From an uncultured bacterium (GTDB lineage Bacteria > Zixibacteria > MSB-5A5 > JAABVY01 > JAHJOQ01), in contig CBDUQR010000064.1 in the NCBI GenBank assembly GCA_965369655.1, positions 1 through 11,701 of the forward strand: a DNA stretch of 11,701 nt, in the 5' to 3' direction. This document shows, piece after piece, positions 1 to 7,375 of the stretch; the first letter of the stretch is position 1; every line of letters starts with the position of its first letter. The notes under the pieces are model-generated. The model was given only the letters and a program-made list of their open reading frames with translations, did no database searches and had not been told where the DNA came from. The translations under genes and the position numbers were made by a program.

Positions 1-325
1 CTTCAACGAGTTCCTTCGGAAGTTTGACCTGCTTGTCGTATTCGCGGCGGATCTCCCTGACATTCGCGGCGGCATCCGACTCGGCATCCTTGATCAGATC
101 GCTTTCCTCGACTGCTGAAAGCAATTCACCGACTTTCTTGTCCGTGAATTTTTCATGGACTAATCCCGACAGCAATGCAACCTGTCGCGAACGGCCCTCG
201 GCTCCGCCACGCGGCATATAGGTTCGTTCATCCCATCCGAGAAGCGACTCGCAGGAACCGAGTATCGCGATCTCGCGGTATGTTGTTATCAACTCGTTGT
301 AAGCCTGCTCGGCTGAAATAGTCAT
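1..325 (-). CDS. M32 family (Taq-type) metallocarboxypeptidase, N-terminal part; runs off the left edge
   Basis: Manual translation from ATG at 325 (AAGGAG upstream): MTISAEQAYNELITTYREIAILGSCESLLGWDERTYMPRGGAEGRSRQVALLSGLVHEKFTDKKVGELL...AANVREIRREYDKQVKLPKELVE, open to base 1. LLGWDxxTYMPxGG and REIRRxYD..KLPxELV are typical of the M32 N-terminus. Not in the ORF track because there is no stop inside the window. Confidence 0.9.
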   Translation of the reverse strand, partial: MTISAEQAYNELITTYREIAILGSCESLLGWDERTYMPRGGAEGRSRQVALLSGLVHEKFTDKKVGELLSAVEESDLIKDAESDAAANVREIRREYDKQVKLPKELVE

Positions 326-356
326 GTGCGGAATCTCCTTAGTTTTGTTTGCAGTA

Positions 357-385
357 GATATAATCTGCAATATGTCTAATGGCAA
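357..385 (-). promoter_or_regulatory. Possible sigma70 promoter for the carboxypeptidase gene
   Basis: Minus strand TTGCCA (385-380), 17-nt spacer, TATATC (362-357), about 30 nt upstream of the ATG. It overlaps a TTGCAG-N10-CTGCAA inverted repeat (349..370). The -10 match is imperfect. Confidence 0.3.
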
Positions 386-508
386 GCGCTTTCGGTTGAT
401 CGGTTTTTCTCCTGCCGTTGTACTCTCGACAGTTTGCGTTGATTGTTGCGTCACCGAGCGGGTTCAAATAACTTGACAAATGCCGATAATTACATTAATT
501 CCGCGATG

Positions 509-525
509 GTTTGACAGTGTCAAAC
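509..525. repeat. Perfect 17-bp palindrome upstream of tRNA-Met
   Basis: GTTTGACA-G-TGTCAAAC, which contains TTGACA on both strands. Confidence 0.8.
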
Positions 526-554
526 TGCCAAGACGCTTCGCGTATAGACATAAT

Positions 555-628
555 GGCGGTGTAGCTCAGCTGGTTAGAGCAGCGGAATCATAATCCGCGT
601 GTCCGGGGTTCAAGTCCCTGCACCGCTA
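555..628 (+). tRNA. tRNA-Met(CAT), elongator type; CCA not encoded
   Basis: Cloverleaf: acceptor GGCGGTG/CACCGCT, D stem GCTC/GAGC, anticodon stem GCGGA/TCCGC with loop ATCATAA (CAT at 589-591), T arm CGGGG-TTCAAGT-CCCTG, discriminator A628. G1 pairs with position 72 and there is no GGG/CCC anticodon stem, so it is not initiator. The sequence resembles elongator Met more than Ile2. Confidence 0.95.
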
Positions 629-631
629 TTT
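611..631 (+). repeat. att core, copy 1 (attL-like, tRNA 3' end)
   Basis: CAAGTCCCTGCACCGCTATTT, identical (21/21) to 7440..7460. Confidence 0.93.
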
Positions 632-939
632 GATGAATTTGCCTGTAATGAAACCACTTATAATATTGCTGTCGCTGTCCATGATGGGCTTGTGATAGAT
701 CTGTGTCCACACGAGATCCCTAGTAACAGACATTACTTCCCCTGACGAGCTGGACTGTCCCGGAAAGGAGAACCCTAAGTACGGAGCCCTTTTCGGGAAT
801 GCAGCAAAAGGATCGATATTATTATCAGTCCCTTGCAGCAATTATGCTGCTTACTATCATTCCAAATCTACTAAAACTCAGTTCAATTTCAAGCCCATTG
901 TGTCTGGATTAAGCTGAAGAAAAACAACAGGGTTTTGTA

Positions 940-967
940 TTGAAAAACGTGCGTAAGCGTGTATCTT
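940..967 (+). promoter_or_regulatory. Putative sigma70 promoter of the cargo operon
   Basis: TTGAAA (940-945), 16-nt spacer, TATCTT (962-967), preceded by A/T tracts. Confidence 0.4.
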
Positions 968-996
968 CCGTTTATTGGTTGGGGAGGATTACAACT

Positions 997-1071
997 ATGT
1001 TCTATTGGATTCCAGGTCCTGTTCCTGCTCATCTGCCGAGAAGGCGACTGAAGTATGTTGCAGACGGTTGA
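997..1071 (+). CDS. Putative 24-aa upstream ORF / leader peptide
   Basis: Strong SD GGGGAGGA (981-988) 8 nt before ATG 997. Encodes MFYWIPGPVPAHLPRRRLKYVADG* and sits between the putative promoter and the barrel gene. Confidence 0.35.
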   Translation: MFYWIPGPVPAHLPRRRLKYVADG

Positions 1072-1118
1072 TAAATACCAGATTTCCGGTAAGCACCGAT
1101 TGGAAGGATAGGAGCGTT

Positions 1119-3065
1119 ATGTTGAAGCGATTGATATTACTATCACTGTTGATGGCCATGTTGTTTCAAAGTTTTGCATCCGGCTCTAGTGTCAACATAT
1201 ACCAACAATTCGACAACCTCTCGCAACAGGTTAACCGATCGCGAGGATTAGCGCTCGCTGTCCTTAAACAGATCAAGCAGATTGACGCCGATTGTTTGAG
1301 TGACGGTGACATCCCTGTTCCGGGCAGGACCGGCGAAGCCAGGAGCCGTCTGGGTGGAGTTAGACTTCTGGTAAGATCTTTTGAAACGATCTCGGATGAT
1401 GCTGAAAAACTCTCGAAGCAACTCGAAAGAGATCTGATGTCGTCGGCATACAGGGCTACACTTGCTGCGGAGTTGACCCCGGGTATCAAAAAACTAAAGA
1501 TAGAAATTGCCAGGTTTCGACAATATGTAAATCAGCATTACAACCGAGCGATCAACAATTACGGTGAACCGATTATTGGAGCACCCCGAGCAGCAGGATT
1601 GGCGCCAGGAAAGAAGCTCTCCATAAGCGGTGAGGTTGCAACCGGTCTTGGTAGTTCCCAGTATAAACGTCCGCATGCCAATCCAGCATTCAAATCATCT
1701 TCGACCGACTTCCTGTTTGGAGTAAAGGGCTTGTTTATCCCTTCCAAAAACACAACGGTACTGATGAATCTGAATCACAAGAAGACTGTCCAGCGAAGAG
1801 AAATTGCGCTGACAAAGCTGGGAGCGTCTGTCGTTCAGAACTTCACTCCAAATTTCACCGGATCAGCAGGTCTCGATTATTCCAGGTATTCGGATAAGAC
1901 AATCGATATCGCCAGCTATGGCGATTTGGGAATGTTCGGACGGGTTGCGTTCCAGAAAAAGGGTATGCGTCTGGATGGCCAGGTTCGGCGCACTTCGCGT
2001 GGTTATTCCGATCTCGATAACGCAGATTACAGCACGACAACATTGTCCGGAGGAGCCACATTGCCCGTAGGATTGGGCAATGTCAAACTGAGAATGAATT
2101 ACCTGTCAAAATCAAATGATATTGATGCGTTGAATCATACTGAGTTCAGCCCAGGCGCGATCTGGCAATTTGTTCCGTGCGGGTCTGAGGTCGGCGTCAA
2201 GTATCAGCAATTCTCTCACCCTGAGGTTGACGACAGCCCTCTCGACAACAATCGAATCAAGGCGCATCTACATCTTGTCAAAAAATCTGGACCCGGTACA
2301 TCGCGATGGGGTCCTGAAGTGATGATCTACAAGTTCCCAAACGATGAAGCGCGAGACTATATCGATTTCAAGCTCTTTCTTCAGTCAAACAAACGAACGA
2401 CCAGCTTCAAGACTTTACGATTGGAAGCGGCGTATCGCATGTATTCTGATACGAGTCAGTATGATTTTGCACAGTTACAGTTTCGGAGCAACAGCCGCCC
2501 GATCGGCTCAGGGTATTACTCCAATCTGAATCTTGCAGCTCGATATTATACAGAATCTTCCAACGATGACGATGCTCTGCGTTTCTCCAACGTTCACCCT
2601 CCCCATACCGTAGATTGCTACTGGAATCTCGGATGGAACTGGATCGGAGGAAGTTGGTTCCAGGGCTTTTCGGCGGGGCCGATCTTTGGCACCAGGGTCT
2701 ATCTCGATACTGAACGATCCGATGCGTTCGACGAAGATCTTATTGATACTGACTTTCTTCTTAGAAACCCACAGAACACAGCTCGTGCTGGTCTGAAAGT
2801 CGGTATTTCCGGGACGAGTTCTCAGACCGTCACATGGAGAACCGATCTGAGTTACGTGTATTCGATTCTTTACAATGCAGACCCGATGCGCACAACTAAC
2901 ATTCTCGAATTGAGCACACGCCTGAATTATCCGATCGACGATAAATGGCTCGTGGAGGGGTATGCGAAAATACACCGAACCCGGGTAGAAATTGAATCCG
3001 TGGCAGACCTTAACAAATCGAATGTTGGAGTGCAAGTCAAGTATCTCTTTGGCACCGGACTGTAA
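1119..3065 (+). CDS. Predicted outer-membrane beta-barrel protein with signal peptide and N-terminal helical domain (648 aa)
   Basis: Start moved from 975 to ATG 1119 (AGGAG SD upstream). MLKRLILLSLLMAMLFQSFASG is a Sec signal peptide. About 140 aa of helical-looking sequence follow, then many amphipathic alternating strands (e.g. GSAGLDYSRY, TLRLEAAYRMY, WLVEGYAKIH). The last strand VGVQVKYLF resembles a beta-signal. Family not recognised. Confidence 0.75.
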   Translation: MLKRLILLSLLMAMLFQSFASGSSVNIYQQFDNLSQQVNRSRGLALAVLKQIKQIDADCLSDGDIPVPGRTGEARSRLGGVRLLVRSFETISDDAEKLSKQLERDLMSSAYRATLAAELTPGIKKLKIEIARFRQYVNQHYNRAINNYGEPIIGAPRAAGLAPGKKLSISGEVATGLGSSQYKRPHANPAFKSSSTDFLFGVKGLFIPSKNTTVLMNLNHKKTVQRREIALTKLGASVVQNFTPNFTGSAGLDYSRYSDKTIDIASYGDLGMFGRVAFQKKGMRLDGQVRRTSRGYSDLDNADYSTTTLSGGATLPVGLGNVKLRMNYLSKSNDIDALNHTEFSPGAIWQFVPCGSEVGVKYQQFSHPEVDDSPLDNNRIKAHLHLVKKSGPGTSRWGPEVMIYKFPNDEARDYIDFKLFLQSNKRTTSFKTLRLEAAYRMYSDTSQYDFAQLQFRSNSRPIGSGYYSNLNLAARYYTESSNDDDALRFSNVHPPHTVDCYWNLGWNWIGGSWFQGFSAGPIFGTRVYLDTERSDAFDEDLIDTDFLLRNPQNTARAGLKVGISGTSSQTVTWRTDLSYVYSILYNADPMRTTNILELSTRLNYPIDDKWLVEGYAKIHRTRVEIESVADLNKSNVGVQVKYLFGTGL

Positions 3066-3091
3066 TCGAAAAATCGGGAGAGGCAAATAAA

Positions 3092-6000
3092 ATGATACAG
3101 ACAAACTGGAATTCTATCACTGTCAGAAAACTGTTATCGGTGACCCTGCTTATTATAGCTCTGATGGCTCCGATGACAACGACATATGGCGACTCCGAGT
3201 ATGATGAGGCTTTGCAGCAAACTGAGGATCAGTGGAATGCTGTTCGCCAAACGATGCAGGAGAGCAAGACCAAGTTCGATACGTTCAAGGATAAGTATCA
3301 GGAATACGAAGATGCTGTGTTCAGCCAGGATGCAGAGCGAGGCATAGAACTGGCTCGCAAGCTGTTCAATCTTGACAAGAGCCAGACAGCAGAAGCGAAA
3401 AAGAAACTCGCATCCCTCCGCGAGATGTTCAATGAACTCGACAAGAGCGGTATCAAGACCAAATTGGAGAAGGCATCCAAGGGACTCGAATTCGCTGACA
3501 ATGTTGCAGGCGAAGTTACGAACGTATGGGAATTCTCCAAGAAGTTCGATCCTAAGCATGCCAAAGACAACCCGACATATGGGCTGAGATTGATCGGGGA
3601 TCTCCTCAAGGAAAGCGCCAGCAAAATGGAGAAAATCCCGCTGGTTGGACAGATACTCGGCAAATGGATCGGAGCTTATGGCGAAGTAGCGGGTGATTTT
3701 GCAAACGCTCTTGACCGACTCGGCAAGAAAATCGATGATTTCAGAGGCGGGTCGCTGTGCGGACAGCTCGGTTACAGAACTGACCAGCAGAGCGCCTTCA
3801 AGTCCGCCTCAGAAAAAGGTGAGAGCTGTCTGACCTATTTCGCAGTTGGCATTTTTCCGCGTATGCGAGGTGAAACCTATGAGGGCAATAACTCATATTT
3901 CCTTTATGATCCGAGCAGCAAGAGAGGATATTTTTCTCCGACCGGCACAACAGAGAAAGTTTATAACTGGCACGAGCGGTTGCTCGACAGAGTTGCTCTC
4001 GATCCTGACTGGCTGGCCAGCAGGTCCAACTCTCTCAAGGCGGAGACAGAGAGCAAAGCACGGGAATACTACGCAAGTTTCTCAGGATGGAAGGACAAGA
4101 CCGACCCAGGCTGGATCATCATAGAAAAATTGGGACTCTATCAGGACGCATATTTCTATGGTCGTCTCGACGAAGACACTTTTGTCGCCAACTATATTCT
4201 GGCCGAGAAACATCATAAGGCCATAGAAGCGATAATGAAGGAATATGAGAAACACGTTCTTATCGCTGGAACCGTGTATGAGACTGAAGAGGATGACAAG
4301 AAGCCATCAGCCGGAGCTCAAGTTGAGTTTACCATCTCCGGAAAAAACTACAAGATGGATACTGATCAGAACGGCCAATACGAGATATTGATGAAAGGCA
4401 AAGTCAACGACGCCATCCACGAAAAGGTTACAAAAGAGGGGTTTGAGCCGATCGAGCATGATGGACACATGATCGAGAGAGCAATTCAGGGGCAAGACTA
4501 CACTCTTCTCAAGAAGGCAATGACCGTTGTAATCAGCGGGACTGTTTACATCAAAGAGAAGAAAGATGAACCAGCGGTGACTGTCGATGGAGCAACCGTT
4601 GCGGCGACCGCGCAAAAGGCAGGGGAACTTGGAAGCGCTACCAGTGCTGGAGATGGTTCCTATCGCTTGACTGTGAAGACAATCGAGGGCGTTACAGTAA
4701 CATGCACCGCTACAAAGGATGCCGCATCCGGTGCCGCAACTGTAACCGTAACAGGCGAAGCTCATTCTGGCGTTGATATAACGCTTTCGAAAACTGGTGA
4801 GGATAAAGACGATGATGATGGACCTTCATGGATCATCAATGTCATAGTATTCGATGACGCAGGCCAGCCATTGCCCGGCGCCATAGTCACATGCACCCAC
4901 GATGTTTCAGCGGTCACGACAGGCGCTGATGGAGCAGCGACAATCGGGCCAATCGAGATACCTGACACATGGCCCGATGAGGCATTCACTGTAACCCTGA
5001 CTCCATCGATTGTTGCCGAGGGAGGCGTGAAAGTCGGCGGCAGTTCTAAAAGTGTATCCTACGAAGGCGAATCTCCGAGTGCGGCGACATTGACTATCCC
5101 CGTTCTGATTCCGCAGTCTGTGACGATCAGCGGGAAAGTTCTCGATGCAAACGGCGTCGGCCTTGGCGGCACAGTTGTAACAGGTGCCGGCCAATCAGCC
5201 ACAACTTCAGGTTCCGGGGCATTTTCAATCGGACCATTCATGATGGTTAAGGATTCTTCAATCGCCCTGATGGCTACACTGAAGGAGGGGTCGCATACAT
5301 TCTCTGGTGGGCCAGTCACAGCAACTTTTGACGGTGCGAACAAGAGCATTTCGGGAGTGGTGATCACTCTCGATATAGAGACAGTGACCGACGTGACAAT
5401 ATCCGGATTAGTGACGGACTTAGACGGCAAGCCAATCGAGGGTGCCGCTGTCACTGGTGGGGGAGGCGCATCCACTACTAATGGCGCCGGCAAGTATACT
5501 CTCCCCGCATTCGAACACAAACTCGGAACATCGGTATCCATCTCGGCTACGATTACGGACATGAACGGAGTCGCGGTAGGCGGGCAGGTCGATGTCAAGC
5601 CGATGAGCGATGCTGCCACAGCTCCGACGATTGTTCTCGATGTTACCCAGGAAGATGTCCATGATGTCACTATTTCCGGGACTGTGATCGACGAGAATGG
5701 CGCCGGTGTCTCTGGCGCGATAGTCACGGCTGGATCAGCATCTACCACGAGCGCAGCATCCGGAGAGTTCTCTCTGCCGCCGATCGAAATGGTCAAAGAC
5801 GAGGTTGTTGCGGTAAGTGCCGCGTATACCGATGGTCAGGACACCTATGCCGGTGGACCCGTCTCGGCGACATTTGATGGCACGAATACATCGATCGGAG
5901 GTATCACGCTTGTTGTGAAGAAAGACAAGACTGCTGCGGTGACTGTATCTGGAACAGTTATCGGTACTGATGGCAATGGGATCGGTGGAGCATCTGTATC

Positions 6001-7165
6001 CGGCGGCGGTCAAACCGCACTGACGGATGGCGCGGGTAGTTTTTCGCTCGGGCCTGTGCAGCATGAACTCGGCACGCCGCTCAGCATATCCGCATCGGTC
6101 ATGAAGGCCGACGGTAGTACTGCGGGCGGAACCGCAAGTGTCACGTCGACTAACGATGTTGCCAGTATTGCCATTGTAATAGACCTTGCTGCCGATGCAA
6201 CCGACGATCTCGATAGTCTCATCAATGACCTTAAAGACGATCTCGATAGCACCGGGATGGATTCCGACGCCATGCTGGCTGGATTCTACGCACTGATTTC
6301 GGATCTGGATGGAATCGCGGGAAAATTCTACTCACAGGCAGACTTCGCCGATCAGCGAATCCGTGAACTGGGACCGGAAGTTTGTATGAGCGGGGATGTA
6401 GCTTCTGCAATCACTGCCGCTGGAACCCAGACCGATATTTATGACTTCACTCTGAGCGCTGTGCCCGGCCTTTATGCTGAACTTATTGTACTACAAGCAA
6501 TCGATCCGACGATTGATCTCTCCACAGCCGATGCTGAATTTGCTCGAGTGGCGGGCCAGATGGAGACGCTCGATGTGAAGTATGCTCAAGTGATTGGAGC
6601 TTACAATTCGTACGAGTGTGATGAGGACGCCGCCGATATGAACTCAGGTGATAAAGCCGAGACTGACGCTGATCCGGATGATGTCGAGTCTGGAGCGGAC
6701 GCAGGAGGCGGAGTCGAGGTCTGTGGCGACGGTATTGACAACGACAAGGATGGTGAAATCGATGAGTGCGACGCCGGATGCTGTGATAAGAATGTACAGG
6801 TGACTGTGAGCGACTGCGGAACCGCAGCCGACGATATTTTCCTTGTGTCAGTCGATGGAGGAGATGTCGGAGTTACTCCCAAGGGAGCAGCCAATACGTT
6901 TAACATAGAGCTTTCTCCCGGCCTCCACACCGTCAGGGTCACATGTCTCGATGACGGTGGAGATCCGCTCGGATCAGACATCGGCACAGCGTGCGTATCG
7001 ATTATAGTCTACGGCACTGATGCGGGCATCGGCGGAGGAGAATTAAGCATTGCATACGGGGGGTCCGATACTGTGTCATTTACAGTTCCGGAGGGACCGG
7101 CAGAGACAACAGTCCAACAGATATTTGATGGCACAACTCTGCAGGGTCTCGAAGGAGGGAACTGA
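3092..7165 (+). CDS. Large secreted multidomain protein (1357 aa): signal peptide, helical N-domain, 7 carboxypeptidase-regulatory-like beta-sandwich repeats, helical linker, MopE-like CxDGxDNDxDGxxDE motif, PEGA-like C-terminal domain
   Basis: SD GGGAGAGG upstream and a hydrophobic N-terminus. Repeats start near 4256, 4526, 4829, 5120, 5393, 5666 and 5939 with consensus VTISGxVxDxxGxPxxGAxV...TxxxGxF/Y. EVCGDGIDNDKDGEIDEC lies near 6716. VSVDGGDVGVTP...IELSPGLHTVRV resembles PEGA. Confidence 0.85.
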   Translation: MIQTNWNSITVRKLLSVTLLIIALMAPMTTTYGDSEYDEALQQTEDQWNAVRQTMQESKTKFDTFKDKYQEYEDAVFSQDAERGIELARKLFNLDKSQTAEAKKKLASLREMFNELDKSGIKTKLEKASKGLEFADNVAGEVTNVWEFSKKFDPKHAKDNPTYGLRLIGDLLKESASKMEKIPLVGQILGKWIGAYGEVAGDFANALDRLGKKIDDFRGGSLCGQLGYRTDQQSAFKSASEKGESCLTYFAVGIFPRMRGETYEGNNSYFLYDPSSKRGYFSPTGTTEKVYNWHERLLDRVALDPDWLASRSNSLKAETESKAREYYASFSGWKDKTDPGWIIIEKLGLYQDAYFYGRLDEDTFVANYILAEKHHKAIEAIMKEYEKHVLIAGTVYETEEDDKKPSAGAQVEFTISGKNYKMDTDQNGQYEILMKGKVNDAIHEKVTKEGFEPIEHDGHMIERAIQGQDYTLLKKAMTVVISGTVYIKEKKDEPAVTVDGATVAATAQKAGELGSATSAGDGSYRLTVKTIEGVTVTCTATKDAASGAATVTVTGEAHSGVDITLSKTGEDKDDDDGPSWIINVIVFDDAGQPLPGAIVTCTHDVSAVTTGADGAATIGPIEIPDTWPDEAFTVTLTPSIVAEGGVKVGGSSKSVSYEGESPSAATLTIPVLIPQSVTISGKVLDANGVGLGGTVVTGAGQSATTSGSGAFSIGPFMMVKDSSIALMATLKEGSHTFSGGPVTATFDGANKSISGVVITLDIETVTDVTISGLVTDLDGKPIEGAAVTGGGGASTTNGAGKYTLPAFEHKLGTSVSISATITDMNGVAVGGQVDVKPMSDAATAPTIVLDVTQEDVHDVTISGTVIDENGAGVSGAIVTAGSASTTSAASGEFSLPPIEMVKDEVVAVSAAYTDGQDTYAGGPVSATFDGTNTSIGGITLVVKKDKTAAVTVSGTVIGTDGNGIGGASVSGGGQTALTDGAGSFSLGPVQHELGTPLSISASVMKADGSTAGGTASVTSTNDVASIAIVIDLAADATDDLDSLINDLKDDLDSTGMDSDAMLAGFYALISDLDGIAGKFYSQADFADQRIRELGPEVCMSGDVASAITAAGTQTDIYDFTLSAVPGLYAELIVLQAIDPTIDLSTADAEFARVAGQMETLDVKYAQVIGAYNSYECDEDAADMNSGDKAETDADPDDVESGADAGGGVEVCGDGIDNDKDGEIDECDAGCCDKNVQVTVSDCGTAADDIFLVSVDGGDVGVTPKGAANTFNIELSPGLHTVRVTCLDDGGDPLGSDIGTACVSIIVYGTDAGIGGGELSIAYGGSDTVSFTVPEGPAETTVQQIFDGTTLQGLEGGN
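5120..6190 (+). repeat. Four intragenic beta-sandwich repeats with an exact 273-nt (91-aa) period, A-B-A-B arrangement
   Basis: VTISGKVLD (5120), VTISGLVTD (5393), VTISGTVID (5666), VTVSGTVIG (5939). Units 1 and 3 share MVKD...GGPVxATFDGxNxSI. Units 2 and 4 share HxLGTxxSISA...GG. Confidence 0.85.
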
Positions 7166-7237
7166 GACAGGCAAAGCGTCAGGTTCTAAGTCTGTAAGGT
7201 TGCGTTACAGTCAATGCTGCTGTAGATCGGTAGAGAT

Positions 7238-7311
7238 CGCGGGGTGGAGTAGTCCGGCAACTCGTTGGGCTAATAACCCGAAGGTCGGTGGTCAATATCC
7301 ATCCGGTGCTC
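7238..7311 (+). pseudogene. Degenerate initiator tRNA-fMet-like sequence with anticodon AAT
   Basis: CGCGGGG TG GAGT AGTCCGGCA ACTC G TTGGG CTAATAA CCCGA AGGTC GGTGG TCAATAT CCATC CGGTGCT C aligns arm by arm with bacterial tRNA-fMet (5' CGCGGGGTGGAG, GGG/CCC anticodon stem, CCCGAAGGTC). The anticodon reads AAT instead of CAT, the T-loop lacks TTC, and the acceptor stem has two G-G mismatches. Confidence 0.85.
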
Positions 7312-7375
7312 TATACCACCAGGTGCCAGTTGTGCTGGAAGAAATTTGACGGTGTTCGCGCGTGTATAGTTGTCA

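Noticed and set aside
24-221. 65-aa plus-strand ORF
   Set aside because: Antisense shadow of the M32 carboxypeptidase gene.
473-500. TTGACA at 473-478 as the tRNA promoter -35
   Set aside because: No good TAnnnT hexamer at 16-18 nt spacing. Plausible, but not supportable from sequence alone.
555-628. tRNA-Ile2 or initiator identity for the CAT tRNA
   Set aside because: It lacks the C1 mismatch and GGG/CCC stem of fMet. The GGCGGTG acceptor resembles known elongator Met tRNAs, though Ile2 cannot be formally excluded without a covariance model.
738-775. CTGACGA...GAAA hammerhead-ribozyme-like core
   Set aside because: Stem II lacks the required G-C closing pair before GAAA, and no convincing stems I/III or cleavage triplet were found.
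626-841. 71-aa minus-strand ORF as a possible integrase remnant at the islet's left end
   Set aside because: It is not in the NSGAGT frame, and that frame has a TAA at 660-658. It shows no similarity to the LSR C-terminus and has a weak TTG start.
835-850. GCAGCA-ATTA-TGCTGC inverted repeat
   Set aside because: Only 6-bp arms, no U-tract and no recognisable operator consensus.
975-1118. 48-aa N-terminal extension of the barrel ORF
   Set aside because: It has a TTG start without an SD. ATG 1119 has an SD and begins directly with a signal peptide.
1166-6987. Numerous minus-strand ORFs (e.g. 2508..3104, 5059..5796) within the two cargo genes
   Set aside because: Antisense shadows of long, well-formed coding sequences with no recognisable motifs.
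7192-7210. CTGTAA-N7-TTACAG hairpin after the exoprotein gene as a terminator
   Set aside because: Weak AT-rich stem with no poly-T tail.
7346-7370. TTGACG...TATAGT promoter pointing into the att site
   Set aside because: The spacer is only 13 nt.
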